Shown here in pieces: positions 49,881 to 62,269 of a DNA stretch of 64,000 bases; position 1 is the first letter of the stretch, and each line of letters starts with the position of its first letter. Below the pieces are notes generated by a model. The model was not told the DNA's origin. It did no database searches and worked only from the letters and a program-made list of their open reading frames with translations. Source of the stretch: Octopus bimaculoides (taxonomy: Eukaryota); the NCBI RefSeq assembly GCF_001194135.2, contig NC_068983.1, positions 162,895,499-162,959,498 on the forward strand, given 5' to 3'. The position numbers and the translations under genes are program-made.

Positions 49881-50317
49881 ATATGATTGATAAACACACT
49901 TCACCATACATTCCCTTAAGTCTCATAACAGTGGAGAATACTTCCAAGAAAGTCTGGTGATATTGTGTCATTTTTGTATTTGGTTTGCAAGATACTTGAT
50001 GTGAATTCGTGTGTTGAAACAATTCTTGTCTCTTGGGAGTCATAACGTGGAATTGAACCTGTGCATGTGTTGTAGGCGTAATGACTTTTCCAAGATACCA
50101 AAAAAAAAAAAAAATGGCAACATTACCTACGGAGGAGAGGCCTTTGTCGAGAGGAAATTCTAATTATGATCGTTTTTGCTGAGTCTACAGAAGACTTCTT
50201 TGAAGACGCTCAAAGTTGTCTCGTTATGATCGCTTTAAAAATGAGTATTTGTATTTTGGTAGAAAAATAAAATTATTTAGGCAATCCACTAAGATTACAC
50301 TGCCAATCCACTACCTT

Positions 50318-50380
<63 letters not shown>

Positions 50381-50535
50381 CCTTTCTCTTACAGGCACAA
50401 GGCCTGAAATCTGGTGGTAGTGGGTTAGTCGATTATTTAGGCAAGGCAATAACAACACTGAAACTAATTTTATCATAATTTCAGAAATGTAAATGAAAAG
50501 GGTTATTGTTACAATATAAATCACAAGGAGAGAGG

Positions 50536-50593
<58 letters not shown>

Positions 50594-50869
50594 CTTTAGT
50601 ATTATACTTCTGTAACTATTTTCTCCGTCTCAAATGAAATGGAACTAAAGTTTAGAAGCTATGAAATTTTACGATAATAAAAAAGAAATATGCGCGTGAT
50701 CGTTAAATTCTATTAAGTCCCACATTTTACGTTTCTGGTGTTTTAGTAACTATTGCTCTTCCGGCTAACTGGTTAATTGATGTTAATTGGTACCATACAC
50801 AACTACTGAGAATGGTTTTATTAGATATTTTGGAAGCAAGAATCTACACAAATAATATACATAAACAGC

Positions 50870-51110
50870 GCAAGCGTGACTGTGTAGTAAGAAGTTTGCT
50901 TCTCAACCACATGGTTTCGGGTTCAGTCCCACTGCATAGCACTTTGGGGAAGTGTTTTTCTACTATAGTCTCAGGCCGACCAAAGCCTTATCTGTGGATT
51001 TGGTAGACGGAAACTGAAAGAAGCCCGTCATATATATGAATAAAAATTCTTGAAGGCGGTGCCCCAGCATGGCCGCAATCTAATGACTGAAACAAGTAAA
51101 AGATGAAAGA
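50870..51110 (+). mobile_element. SINE family B with the middle deleted after the TA run
   Basis: 5' half joined to AAAAATTCTTGAAGGCGGTGCCCCAGCATGGCCGC..AAACAAGTAAAAGA. Confidence 0.85.
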
Positions 51111-51245
51111 TAACTCACATACTCTTACGCAACCAATGTGGAGTCCTCTAAGCAGTCACATGTCCTGCTGGAATTAGCAACAAAACAGCTTTCTTGCGGT
51201 AGGTGCGCGAAAGCAACATTGCAAATCAACAAAAATTTCGATCAC

Positions 51246-51419
51246 TTCAAATATGTTTGGGGTTCATTTGATCTGTACAAAAGTGGTATTCAATGCAAAT
51301 TTTCGGTGGATGTTATTTTCCAACGCTTATTGCCTAAAGCGAGAAAAGATCTCCACACATCAAATCCAATGGTAATTACGGCTTTTGTACAAATCAAACA
51401 TGTCGCAAACACATTTGAA
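51246..51419. mobile_element. Old MITE-like element with imperfect, about 38-bp TIRs
   Basis: TTCAAATATGTTTG..TTTGATCTGTACAAAAG versus CTTTTGTACAAATCAAA..CAAACACATTTGAA. Confidence 0.55.
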
Positions 51420-52297
51420 TTTATCTAAACGTTTGAAATAAATCAATCTCTTGGATAATGTAGCAATCAGATGTTGATTTGTTTACCCTTGAGGGGCATA
51501 CTGGCTAAAGGTAAATAAAGCTTTGGTGGGAGAGTCTATACGAATTCAATCAGTATATGAAAAACAACACAAACGCCAAAAAGATTTACTTCAAATCTTA
51601 ATAACGAGAGTGTGAAGTTCCAGAAACATCGGATATAGATTTGGGAAATCTACAGTTTTAAACCAACTGTAAAAGGTAATAAGAAAATATAAATAAGTAT
51701 GTAATATATATAAAAAAATACAAAACTTGATTATAGTCGTGTATTTAATGAAACATGTCTGAAAGAAAATTTGTTCTCCATATGTACGAATATATATATT
51801 TGTTTGTTTGTTTATGTGTTTGTGTGTATGCGCGCGCGTGTTTGTGTGTATACACATATATGTATGCATGTATATTCTTAGAACTACTAACAAAACTTCT
51901 TTGGTTGACGAAATAAATATATGCAGGAATTGTTTAAGATTTTCTTTAATGATTTCTATTCCGAATCCCATATTCTTATTGTTATACGTCAAAGTGAAAT
52001 TTTGGTGAAATATTTCTCTCAAGTTTACTGCTATTCACTAATAACTAACAGTTCGATATAGTATTTTGTGATCTGATTGATCTCATACAATGATTGATGG
52101 GTCTTCTAGCAGTAACAGTTGCATATAATAGTTTCTTGTATATGATGTATTTCTGTGAATATTGAACTTCTGTCAATAAATTACTTCACACCTAACAGAT
52201 TTTGTCGCCCAACTTTTGAAATGTTTGTCGACTAAAATATATTTACTGTAATAAAGATGTCAATTTAAATGTTATGTAATCGATAAAAATATATAGA

Positions 52298-52338
<41 letters not shown>

Positions 52339-52845
52339 AAGAGAAAGAGAGAGAGAGCGAGGAAGTGGCAGCTAAAACAAAAAGGTTGTTTAAGTTTTAT
52401 AGTTTTAATCAATTTTGTGATACTGTAGCTTCTAGCATCAGTAGGATTATTGTTGATATCGATTCTGTCTTAGATGAGAAACGCTGCAAAATGAACGGAT
52501 CATAGCTGCCGCCGTGACAGAAAACACGTGCACACACACACACACACACACACAAATATGACACACGTACAGATATACAGATATTTCATATTTAATGCAT
52601 ACGGTCGTGGACATACACGCCTGCTAATGTGCATCTAACGCTAAACCAGAAGATAATGGTGTTACACACGCATGCGCGTACACACACACAAACATACACG
52701 CATGCCAACACCCATACACGTACACAGACACGGGTACGCGCACGTATGTATATTTAAAAATATGCTTCTCGATATATTACAATAATTTCATTGCGGCAAA
52801 ATTCACATAAATATAAGCATACTTACTTTTATAAGTGTATGTATG

Positions 52846-52898
<53 letters not shown>

Positions 52899-53260
52899 NN
52901 NNNNNNNNNNNNNNNNNNNNNNNNNNNNNNNNNNNNNNNNNNNNNNNNNNNNNNNNNNNNNNNNNNNNNNNNNNNNNNNNNNNNNNNNNNNNNNNNNNNN
53001 NNNNNNNNNNNNNNNNNNNNNNNNNNNNNNNNNNNNNNNNNNNNNNNNNNNNNNNNNNNNNNNNNNNNNNNNNNNNNNNNNNNNNNNNNNNNNNNNNNNN
53101 NNNNNNNNNNNNNNNNNNNNNNNNNNNNNNNNNNNNNNNNNNNNNNNNNNNNNNNNNNNNNNNNNNNNNNNNNNNNNNNNNNNNNNNNNNNNNNNNNNNN
53201 NNNNNNNNNNNNNNNNNNNNNNNNNNNNNNNNNNNNNNNNNNNNNNNATATATGAATACA

Positions 53261-53291
<31 letters not shown>

Positions 53292-53899
53292 GAATACATA
53301 TTTATACTATACATATACAAATGCAAAGCATTTTCCCCGACAAGACAAATGTGTTTAGAAGAGCAACTCACCAATAAGTTAGATAGATCTCAGAATGTAG
53401 TGCACTTCATTACGCGTTGCCTGTCCCTATACAGCAGTGCAGTCCATCATTGCCACCTAGAACCCACAGCACTTTCGAAGCATATTTGGAAATGTAGAGA
53501 CAAAGGAGAAATCCCTGAATCTCCTACGCAGCGATCTCTGATTTTCAGTGAAGTTTAACGATATCCTACTCCAATATGTAAAGAAGCGAGCTTATTTCCA
53601 CTTACCGATAATGAGCCAACCTGTGATCGAAAGTATTCCAAGTCATGACCATCCTGTCTTTTATTTAGTCATGTGTCCTTCCTGCTGTAAAGCAGTACAA
53701 GGTCTGGTCAAAGAGTATTGGGGCTGTTGCAATGGTAACGCAGCTATTGCACGCAAATCGAAACCGCTTGATCTTGAAATCTGCCGCATATGCACACTAG
53801 GTTATATGTTCTCGCTCACTTCCGTTGTTTAGAGCAGCGCTTCGAAGTAAAGTGTGTAGAGTGTGGTCGTTTCAAAAAGAAGATCAGGCTCGGTTGCGT

Positions 53900-54020
53900 A
53901 GGATCTCATTGATTGTGCCGAGGAAGACGAAAACGTTTTGAAAGCGGTCATAATAGGTGAGGAATCGTGGGTCAATGGCTATGACCTCAAATGACTCCGA
54001 AATCAAGGTTTGAATGGAAT
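53900..54020 (+). mobile_element. Mariner transposase fragment
   Basis: DENVLKAVIIGEESWVNGYD resembles the TGDE(S/T)WVYGYD first-aspartate motif. Confidence 0.55.
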
Positions 54021-54024
54021 CATT

Positions 54025-54620
54025 TTGGGGAAGGCTAGTCAATTAGATCGACCCCAGTACGCAATTGGTACTTAATTTATCGACCCCGAAAGGATGAAAA
54101 GCAAAGTTGACCTCGGCGGAATTTGAACTCAGGATGTAAAGACAGTCGAAATACCGCTAAACATTTTACCAGGCGTGCTAACGATTCTCTTGTACTCTAG
54201 GCACAAAGCCAGAAATGTTGGGGGAGGGGGCCAGTTGATTAGTTCGACTCTAGTACGCAACTGGTACTTAATAATTTATCGATTCCGAAAGGTTGAAAGG
54301 CAAAGTGGACCTCGGCGGAATTTGAACTCAGAACGTAAAGAGAGACGAAATACCACTAAGCATTTCACCCAGCGTGTTGACCTTTCTCATTTCTTTATTG
54401 CCCACAGGGGGCTACACACAGTGGGGACAAACAAGGAGAGACAAACGGATTAAGTCGGTTATATCGACCCCACTGCGTAACTGGTACTTAATTTATCGAC
54501 CCCACAAGGATGAAAGGGAAAGTCGACCTCGGCGGAATTTGAACTCAGAACGAAACGGCATACAAAATACCACTATGCATTTCTCTCGGCGTGCTAACGT
54601 TTCTGTCAACTCGCCGCCTT
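54025..54620 (-). mobile_element. Three head-to-tail SINE A copies
   Basis: About 54025-54185, 54195-54378 and 54385-54620; two tail types. Confidence 0.88.
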
Positions 54621-54624
54621 AAGG

Positions 54625-55062
54625 CTTGAAAGAACTCTTGAAAAGAACAATAAGACGTCGATGAAATCCAAGAGAAGGCAACGAAACAGCTCCTCCGTAT
54701 ACAAAAAATGAAGTACTAGGAATGCTTCCATCAATGAAAATATCACTGGAGAAAGTGTGTTGCTCCAGAAGGGGACTACTTCGAAGGGGACTGCTTCGAA
54801 GGGGACTGCTTCGAAGGGGACTGCTTCGAAGGGGACTGCTTCGAAGGGGGTTAAATGCTGAATTGATGTGTTGTATTCTTTTTATGACACCAATCCCGAT
54901 ATCATGTAGAAGCTCCTTTCCGGCATTGTCAGTTAAACTGGGTAGATATTCACTTATCAGACGGTGTTGATATGTTTGGGTGATGGAATCCAGGAAATGA
55001 GATATTTCATTTCCAATATGAACGGTCACATGCTTCGATAAGACTGGTTTTAATATTCGCAA
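54625..55062 (-). mobile_element. Possible RNase H-bearing LINE relic containing a 15-bp minisatellite
   Basis: ORF ends IFIDGSIPSTSFFVYGGAVSLPSLGFHRRL..SSF, similar to the RNase H DGS motif of I-group LINEs. Confidence 0.45.
54767..54849. repeat. 15-bp tandem repeat GAAGGGGACTGCTTC, about 5.5 copies
   Basis: Direct reading. Confidence 0.95.
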
Positions 55063-55643
55063 TCTAACGTGTCAATGTAAGAGCTTGAGATCACACACAC
55101 ACACACACACACGTGGATGTATAGATATATACATTCATAGATAGATATATATGTGTGTGAATATATATATATATAATATGATTATACGTAATTGGTATTT
55201 TAAACATTCTAAAACATATACGAATGACAAGGTTATGCAAACTTTCGGTCAAATTGCACTACATCAGATGACCTTGTCAGCATTCACAGCGAAGCAATGT
55301 ATGTATGCATGCATGCATGCATGTATGTATGCATGTATGTATGTATGTATGTATGTATGTATGTATGTATGAAGATGATAGTTCTGGATTCATAATGCAA
55401 GTACTAAAAAATATTACAGATACTGGTGCACAACTGCTGCATTTCCAAAGCCCACCTCTAGTATTTTTTCTGCTGGATGTATGTGAGAATTATTTCAGGC
55501 TAGCATTCTGTATAATCATATATTAGATACAGTAGGGTGTCACATTTGAAATAGTTTTGTTGAAAATGCCATTCAACTAAGATTATCCACGTAATTAATA
55601 AACAAACTATCCCTACAGTAAACAAAAATCTTTCTGCTTGCAC

Positions 55644-56183
55644 TTATGATATTCCTAGCATGAATCTTTCCGTGGCCCTTTTTGTCGCAACCAATCGATG
55701 TTCGATCCTCTTCGGAGTCGTCCACTTCTCATTTGCGTATAAGAGCGCAAATGAGACGGTGCTGCTGAAGAGTTTGGCACCGATGGCGTTGCCCAGTTTG
55801 TTTATTGAGTTGAATGCCTTTATTGAGTTAAATGGCTTCCACCCTGGCTTTACTCTTTCAGATTTCAGCATTCATATCTTGGTGCGTGAGATAGTTTGAG
55901 AATGACGTTACCGAAGAGTACCAAAATCACAAGATTCACTGGGCCGGACATGTCGCAGGACTCGCAGACAGCAAGGTGGACCCGTGTAGCTGCCGAGCGG
56001 CATTCAAGAGATCGGAAAAGAGGACTCTCGGAAGGCCTCTACGACGATGTAAAGACGATTTAGTCAGGCAATTCGTATCAAGATGGAAAAAAAAATGATG
56101 CAATTACGATAGAATTGGAAGCGCATTGTGACCTGCGGTGTATAACAGCATCTGATAGTCTGGTCGATACTGTGATACTGTGA
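55644..56183 (+). mobile_element. RTE-clade LINE 3' end with an inverted 5' segment
   Basis: Plus 55900-56183: NDVTEEY..IHWAGHVAGLAD.RWT..RDRKR..GRP, ending in a GATACTGT tandem tail. Minus 55644-55895: QDMNAEI..RVKPGWKPFNSIK..LFSSTVSFALLYANEKWT..ATKRATERFMLGIS. Confidence 0.85.
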
Positions 56184-56527
56184 AATTTGAAGCACACCCA
56201 ACAGGAGATCTTATCTAATAAATTTGTACCAGTCAATCGTAGTGTTTCAACTCTTATCCACTAAATTTATCTTATCTACTAAATTTCTTATCTACTAAAT
56301 TATCTTATCTACTAAATTTGCACCAATTTGTACTAAATTTGTACCAATCAATCGCAGTATTTCAACTCACCAAATTATATTTTGAGACACAACTGTAAAT
56401 TTGTATGTTGTTTACTGACATACCGCTTCACACACCTGAATTAGTTCTTCTTACCTGCAAAACGACTACTGTTACTTATGGTATAAGACAATACCTGATA
56501 CCTTTTCCAGTCACAACTTTAGAGATA

Positions 56528-57081
56528 GTCATAACACGACAGAAGGGTTTGTCCGTCATAACACGACAGAAGGGTTTGTCCGTCATAACACGACAGAAGG
56601 GTTTGTCCGTCATAACACGACAGAAGGGTTTGTCCGTCATAACACGACAGAAGGGTTTGTCCGTCNNNNNNNNNNNNNNNNNNNNNNNNNNNNNNNNNNN
56701 NNNNNNNNNNNNNNNNNNNNNNNNNNNNNNNNNNNNNNNNNNNNNNNNNNNNNNNNNNNNNNNNNNNNNNNNNNNNNNNNNNNNNNNNNNNNNNNNNNNN
56801 NNNNNNNNNNNNNNNNNNNNNNNNNNNNNNNNNNNNNNNNNNNNNNNNNNNNNNNNNNNNNNNNNNNNNNNNNNNNNNNNNNNNNNNNNNNNNNNNNNNN
56901 NNNNNNNNNNNNNNNNNNNNNNNNNNNNNNNNNNNNNNNGTTTGTCCGTCATAACACGACAGAAGGGTTTGTCCGTCATAACACGACAGAAGGGTTTGTC
57001 CGTCATAACACGACAGAAGGGTTTGTCCGTCATAACACGACAGAAGGGTTTGTCCGTCATAACACGACAGAAGGGTTTGTC
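56528..57081. repeat. 27-bp minisatellite GTCATAACACGACAGAAGGGTTTGTCC with a collapsed centre (gap)
   Basis: About 5 identical units on each side of the N gap at 56666-56939. Confidence 0.97.
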
Positions 57082-57230
57082 ACTATCAATGTTTTCCTCC
57101 AAACTCTTGGATAATGTTCTTTCTTATATTTGATAAAGGGAATCTTTCCAGAAATATAATAAATACCTTAAACAGATTATGTAATGTAATGCAATCATTT
57201 CTCTTTTGTTATTTATCGACATCACTTTTG

Positions 57231-57320
57231 CATATTTGCTTAACATATTTGCTTAACATATTTGCTTAACATATTTGCTTAACATATTTGCTTAACATAT
57301 TTGCTTAACATTTGCTTAAC
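57231..57320. repeat. 13-bp tandem repeat ATATTTGCTTAAC, about 7 copies
   Basis: Direct reading. Confidence 0.95.
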
Positions 57321-57497
57321 TGCTCCGCTGTATTAGTCAAAATATTTTTAAACATTCGCATCACTACATTAATCATACTTAATCCTTCCACATGAGTATA
57401 ATATTTGTCGCTAATCAAGTTTAGTAAGACCGTTGCTTCCGCCATTTTGCTCTAATGACCAATGTACGTTCGTTCTCTGGTTTGATATTATTGACCC

Positions 57498-57790
57498 AGA
57501 TCGAACCGCTACTCCTCCGCTTTGCGAGATCTTAGCTCTGAAACTACGGATATGTGATTGACAGAATGCCACAGGAAAAAAATCGCAAGACGAATTCTCG
57601 ACAGGAGACCTCAGGGTAGACCACGAAACGGGATGGCTGGACAATATCCATTACCTTATTTGGCCACACATGGGAATTCAGGTGTAAAGTACAATGACGG
57701 TTGCTTATGATATGTCCTTAAGAAAAAGGTGTTTGAGAACTCCACATCCGCGACCCTCCCATCATTAGTGAGCGGAGAAGGTGAATAGAT
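57498..57790 (+). mobile_element. RTE-like LINE 3' fragment
   Basis: IEPLLLRF..YGYV..RMPQEKIARRIL..RPQGRP..WLDNIH; homologous to 20450-20930. Confidence 0.7.
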
Positions 57791-58124
57791 GGTGAGATGA
57801 TCTCAGTGGACATAGCTACATCGATTACGAGTTTTAGATTTTAAACGGGTATAGAAAAAAAAAAACGCCCCAAAATCCAGAGACAGAGAGAGTTTGTGCC
57901 TACTATTTGCGTGGATAATCTAAACTGACTAAAGTTTTTAACTCGTCTAGGATTACACATGTGTAACACTATCGTATTTGTAGTTGGTTTGTGTGTGATG
58001 TAATTAGTTTCCATACGTTATGAGTTCTTTTGTCATTTTTATATATAAATATGCAGAGAGGCAATAACAATAGAATTTAATACATACAGCATATACGACA
58101 GAATTAATACACACACACACACAC

Positions 58125-58173
<49 letters not shown>

Positions 58174-58213
58174 TACACGATGGACGTAGTATACATACAT
58201 ACACACATACACA

Positions 58214-58286
<73 letters not shown>

Positions 58287-58565
58287 GTATATATATACCA
58301 AAATAAATACACAGTATATACAATGAAGTAATAAATCTATCTATCTATCTATCTATATTAGATATGTGTATAATCTCTAAGTTCATTTACATCTGTTTGA
58401 AGTATATATACATGCTTGACATACACGCATACATACGTACACCTATCTATATAGGTATGTGAGTGTATATATGCATATATATATATATACACACACATCC
58501 TTACACATACACTTAGTGATGCACGCACACACACACACACACACACACACATACGCTCACGCATG

Positions 58566-58622
<57 letters not shown>

Positions 58623-59133
58623 GTAAACTTCACATAACAGTAGATGAATTTCAACGTTCAGTGAAGCAAGTTCTCCATCGCTTCTAAAAGCATGCGAGAA
58701 CGCATGTGATTAGTTTTATCTTCTATTGTTATTTGGTGAATAACAATTTTTGAAAACAAAGCAAATTTAATAATATTTCGTCCAAGTCCAAAGCAGCTGG
58801 TTTGTGCGGTAATTAATCGCTGTAACTATAGTCAGCAGGCAATTGATTTCAACACACACACACGCACATATATATCTATATATCTATATATACACGTAAA
58901 CATCAGCACATATTGTTATTAGGTAATGTCCATAAAAGGAAGAAAAAATAACTGTACTAGCATTCATTTGCTTCACAGACAGCAATTGATGTTGTAACAA
59001 ATCCTATTACATATTCATTACTAATATCGAAGTAGATTTGATAGTTTGCGATCGCAAAAGCTCATGTGATGTGTGTGTGTGTATGTATGTATTTATATAA
59101 ACACATACATCACGTGAGCATTTGCGATATACA

Positions 59134-59183
<50 letters not shown>

Positions 59184-59894
59184 NNNNNNNNNNNNNNNNN
59201 NNNNNNNNNNNNNNNNNNNNNNNNNNNNNNNNNNNNNNNNNNNNNNNNNNNNNNNNNNNNNNNNNNNNNNNNNNNNNNNNNNNNNNNNNNNNNNNNNNNN
59301 NNNNNNNNNNNNNNNNNNNNNNNNNNNNNNNNNNNNNNNNNNNNNNNNNNNNNNNNNNNNNNNNNNNNNNNNNNNNNNNNNNNNNNNNNNNNNNNNNNNN
59401 NNNNNNNNNNNNNNNNNNNNNNNNNNNNNNNNNNNNNNNNNNNNNNNNNNNNNNNNNNNNNNNNNNNNNNNNNNNNNNNNNNNNNNNNNNNNNNNNNNNN
59501 NNNNNNNNNNNNNNNNNNNNNNNNNNNNNNNNNNNNNNNNNNNNNNNNNNNNNNNNNNNNNNNNNNNNNNNNNNNNNNNNNNNNNNNNNNNNNNNNNNNN
59601 NNNNNNNNNNNNNNNNNNNNNNNNNNNNNNNNNNNNNNNNNNNNNNNNNNNNNNNNNNNNNNNNNNNNNNNNNNNNNNNNNNNNNNNNNNNNNNNNNNNN
59701 NNNNNNNNNNNNNNNNNNNNNNNNNNNNNNNNNNNNNNNNNNNNNNNNNNNNNNNNNNNNNNNNNNNNNNNNNNNNNNNNNNNNNNNNNNNNNNNNNNNN
59801 NNNNNNNNNNNNNNNNNNNNNNNNNNNNNNNNNNNNNNNNNNNNNNNNNNNNNNNNNNNNNNNNNNNNNNNNNNNNNNNNNNNNNNNNNNNNNN

Positions 59895-59947
<53 letters not shown>

Positions 59948-60215
59948 AATTCACACTTTCTCTATGTTTATATATGAATTACGTCATCACTAAGTGTGTA
60001 ATACGAAGCGAAATTCTGATAATCACAGACATTGCGTCTATTAAAAGCAGATGTTTTAGTTTCTAATGAAAACACAGACTTCGCTACGAGCAGTGAGTAC
60101 TTCTCTAGTTTCTCAATACAAACGCACAGATTCACAGATTGACACTCACAAACTCGCTTGCACACAGACGCACAGCCCCTCCTCACACACACATGCATAC
60201 ACACATACACACATG

Positions 60216-60460
60216 TACAAAGGCTGGACTAAAATAATGGAAACAGCTTGTTGAATAGAATTTATATTATTGAACACGAATTTGGTCCAACTTTGGCATC
60301 AATCACAGCTTAAATACATCAAGAGAGACTTACTTTAGCTCTTTCAGCGACTTCGGTTAAGGAAAGTGGTTTCTTATCTGCTGCTCGAAAATGCACCAGA
60401 AACGTTTGAATACATTGAAGTAATTGTGGGGTTCAATCCAAGGGGTCAGTTTCACTTTTG
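60216..60460 (-). mobile_element. Tc1-like transposon end fragment
   Basis: TA + CAAAGGCTGGACTAAAATAATGGAAACA TIR-like end; minus peptide FWCIFEQQIRNHFP*PKSLKEL. Confidence 0.5.
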
Positions 60461-60916
60461 TGATCTTCGTTCTAGCTTCGAATAACATTAACTGTGTGAA
60501 TCGGCTCTTTTATGGCCCTGAAAGATTGCATTTGGACCAGAGAAAAATGTTTCCGTTTGGATCAGAGGATGGTCATGATCAGCCCAAATACTCATGTAAT
60601 CTTTTACATTAATTCTACCTGCCTCTACAAACAGGAGGACATACTAGAAGCAGATCAAGAGCAGATCTGGAATGGAAAAGGCGTGTCGTTGATGAGGTCA
60701 TGAATGGAGACGAACGGACTTTGACAAACCCATCTGATTGACTGACCGAACAATTTATCAGTTAATTGGCTGAATTTTAACGAATTGGCTAGCACTAATA
60801 AAAGAAGTGAAATAGAACACATGCGCATGTTTATGATCAGCATGATGACCTTCCCGTGCGAGAATACAATCTGTTTCAACAGACGAGTTGCATCAAGAAT
60901 ATTCCTAGTCAAATAC

Positions 60917-60993
<77 letters not shown>

Positions 60994-61120
60994 GCTGTCT
61001 ATCCATCATTTATCTATCTATGCATCCATCCATCCCTCCATCCAACCATCTATCTGTCTGTATGTCTGTCTGCCTATCTCTCTGTCGTCTTTCTGTCTGT
61101 TTCCACACACACACACACAC
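60917..61120. repeat. (CTAT)n-dominated compound microsatellite
   Basis: Direct reading. Confidence 0.95.
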
Positions 61121-61403
61121 AACTTGGATAATAATTAATAGCGACAGACTCAGTATTAATACCGAAAGTAATATGTATTTCACACTTGAAAGTGGATGTT
61201 GTGTTAGAACTAACAATACTGTAATAGTTACCACGAGAGAACCTCACATATGGACTTGTGGCGTATATAAGCACTCTTGTTGGTATTGCTAGCGGGAGAT
61301 AATCGTCCGCTACCATGCAATATATTGGGTTCTGTTTAACAAGAGACATATCATCCATTGCATTAGTTGTCAACTGACTACTGCTCGCTTATGTTTCTAA
61401 CAG

Positions 61404-61447
61404 AATGTTCTGGTCGGTTCTGCGAAAGATTTTACAGAAGTCAAAAG
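61404..61447 (+). other. Candidate 44-nt internal exon of an unidentified transcript
   Basis: Acceptor TTATGTTTCTAACAG, donor AAG|GTATGA; all three frames are open; lies in non-repeat sequence. Confidence 0.35.
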
Positions 61448-61667
61448 GTATGACATTCTCTTTGAATGCTTTAAAATGCCATCAAGATGGCGCTGGAGTT
61501 GTATTAAGCATTTTCTGCGAAACCAATCTAGCTTGGAATTTAAGAGATTGCTGCTATCCAGGAAATCTGTTAATCTTGATTTCACCATTTTATCATATAA
61601 TTTAATTATATAAAATGTTGATAGAGATTAGTCTGTGGTTTTCAATTGGATTTCGATTGCCTAAGTT

Positions 61668-61800
61668 CAGTCCACTGCAGGACGGAGGCCTCAGAATGTT
61701 CTCTCCACTGACCACAGTCTGATGCAGAGGCCGTGATCTTGAGCCTGAGATCATACTGCTTTGATGTGCCTACTCTGCCGCACTGGTTCCAGAGCTTGGC
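61668..61800 (-). mobile_element. RTE LINE extreme 3' end
   Basis: Reverse complement ends GAGGCCTCCGTCCTGCAGTGGACT, the typical EAxVxQW terminus. Confidence 0.55.
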
Positions 61801-61834
61801 AAAAGGGTACAGTTTTTATACTTTTGTTCTGGAA

Positions 61835-62009
61835 TGGCTGAGTCCATTACATGGACCCCAGTGTTCAACTGGTACTTATTTTATTGACTCCGAAAGGATG
61901 AAAGGCAAAATCGGCCTCGTCGGAGTTTGAACTCACAACTCAAGGACGGACGGAATACAGCTAAGCCTTTCACCCGGTTTGCTAACGATTCCGCCAGCTC
62001 GCCGCCTTA
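61835..62009 (-). mobile_element. SINE family A
   Basis: Core and head match. Confidence 0.85.
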
Positions 62010-62269
62010 CCACAACTAATTAATAACACCCGTTTGAAAAGCGAGATGACAGACAAAGAAAGAAAATGCTGAGGTATATACACCCAGAACCACGTTAATA
62101 GTATTAGAGTGAAATTTAGGATTTCTGGTTTTTCTGTGAAATGATTTTGACAAAACGTTTCCCGGCTGGGTTGCACTCTATGGCAACACCATTGTTATGT
62201 TTTCATTATTCTGTCTGATGTCCTTTCCATTTTGTTTCCGATTCTTCAGTTTTTGGGTGAATCACGCTA

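Noticed and set aside
56528-57081. 27-bp repeat as a possible CRISPR array
   Set aside because: The units are contiguous with no spacers, the context is eukaryotic and there are no cas genes.
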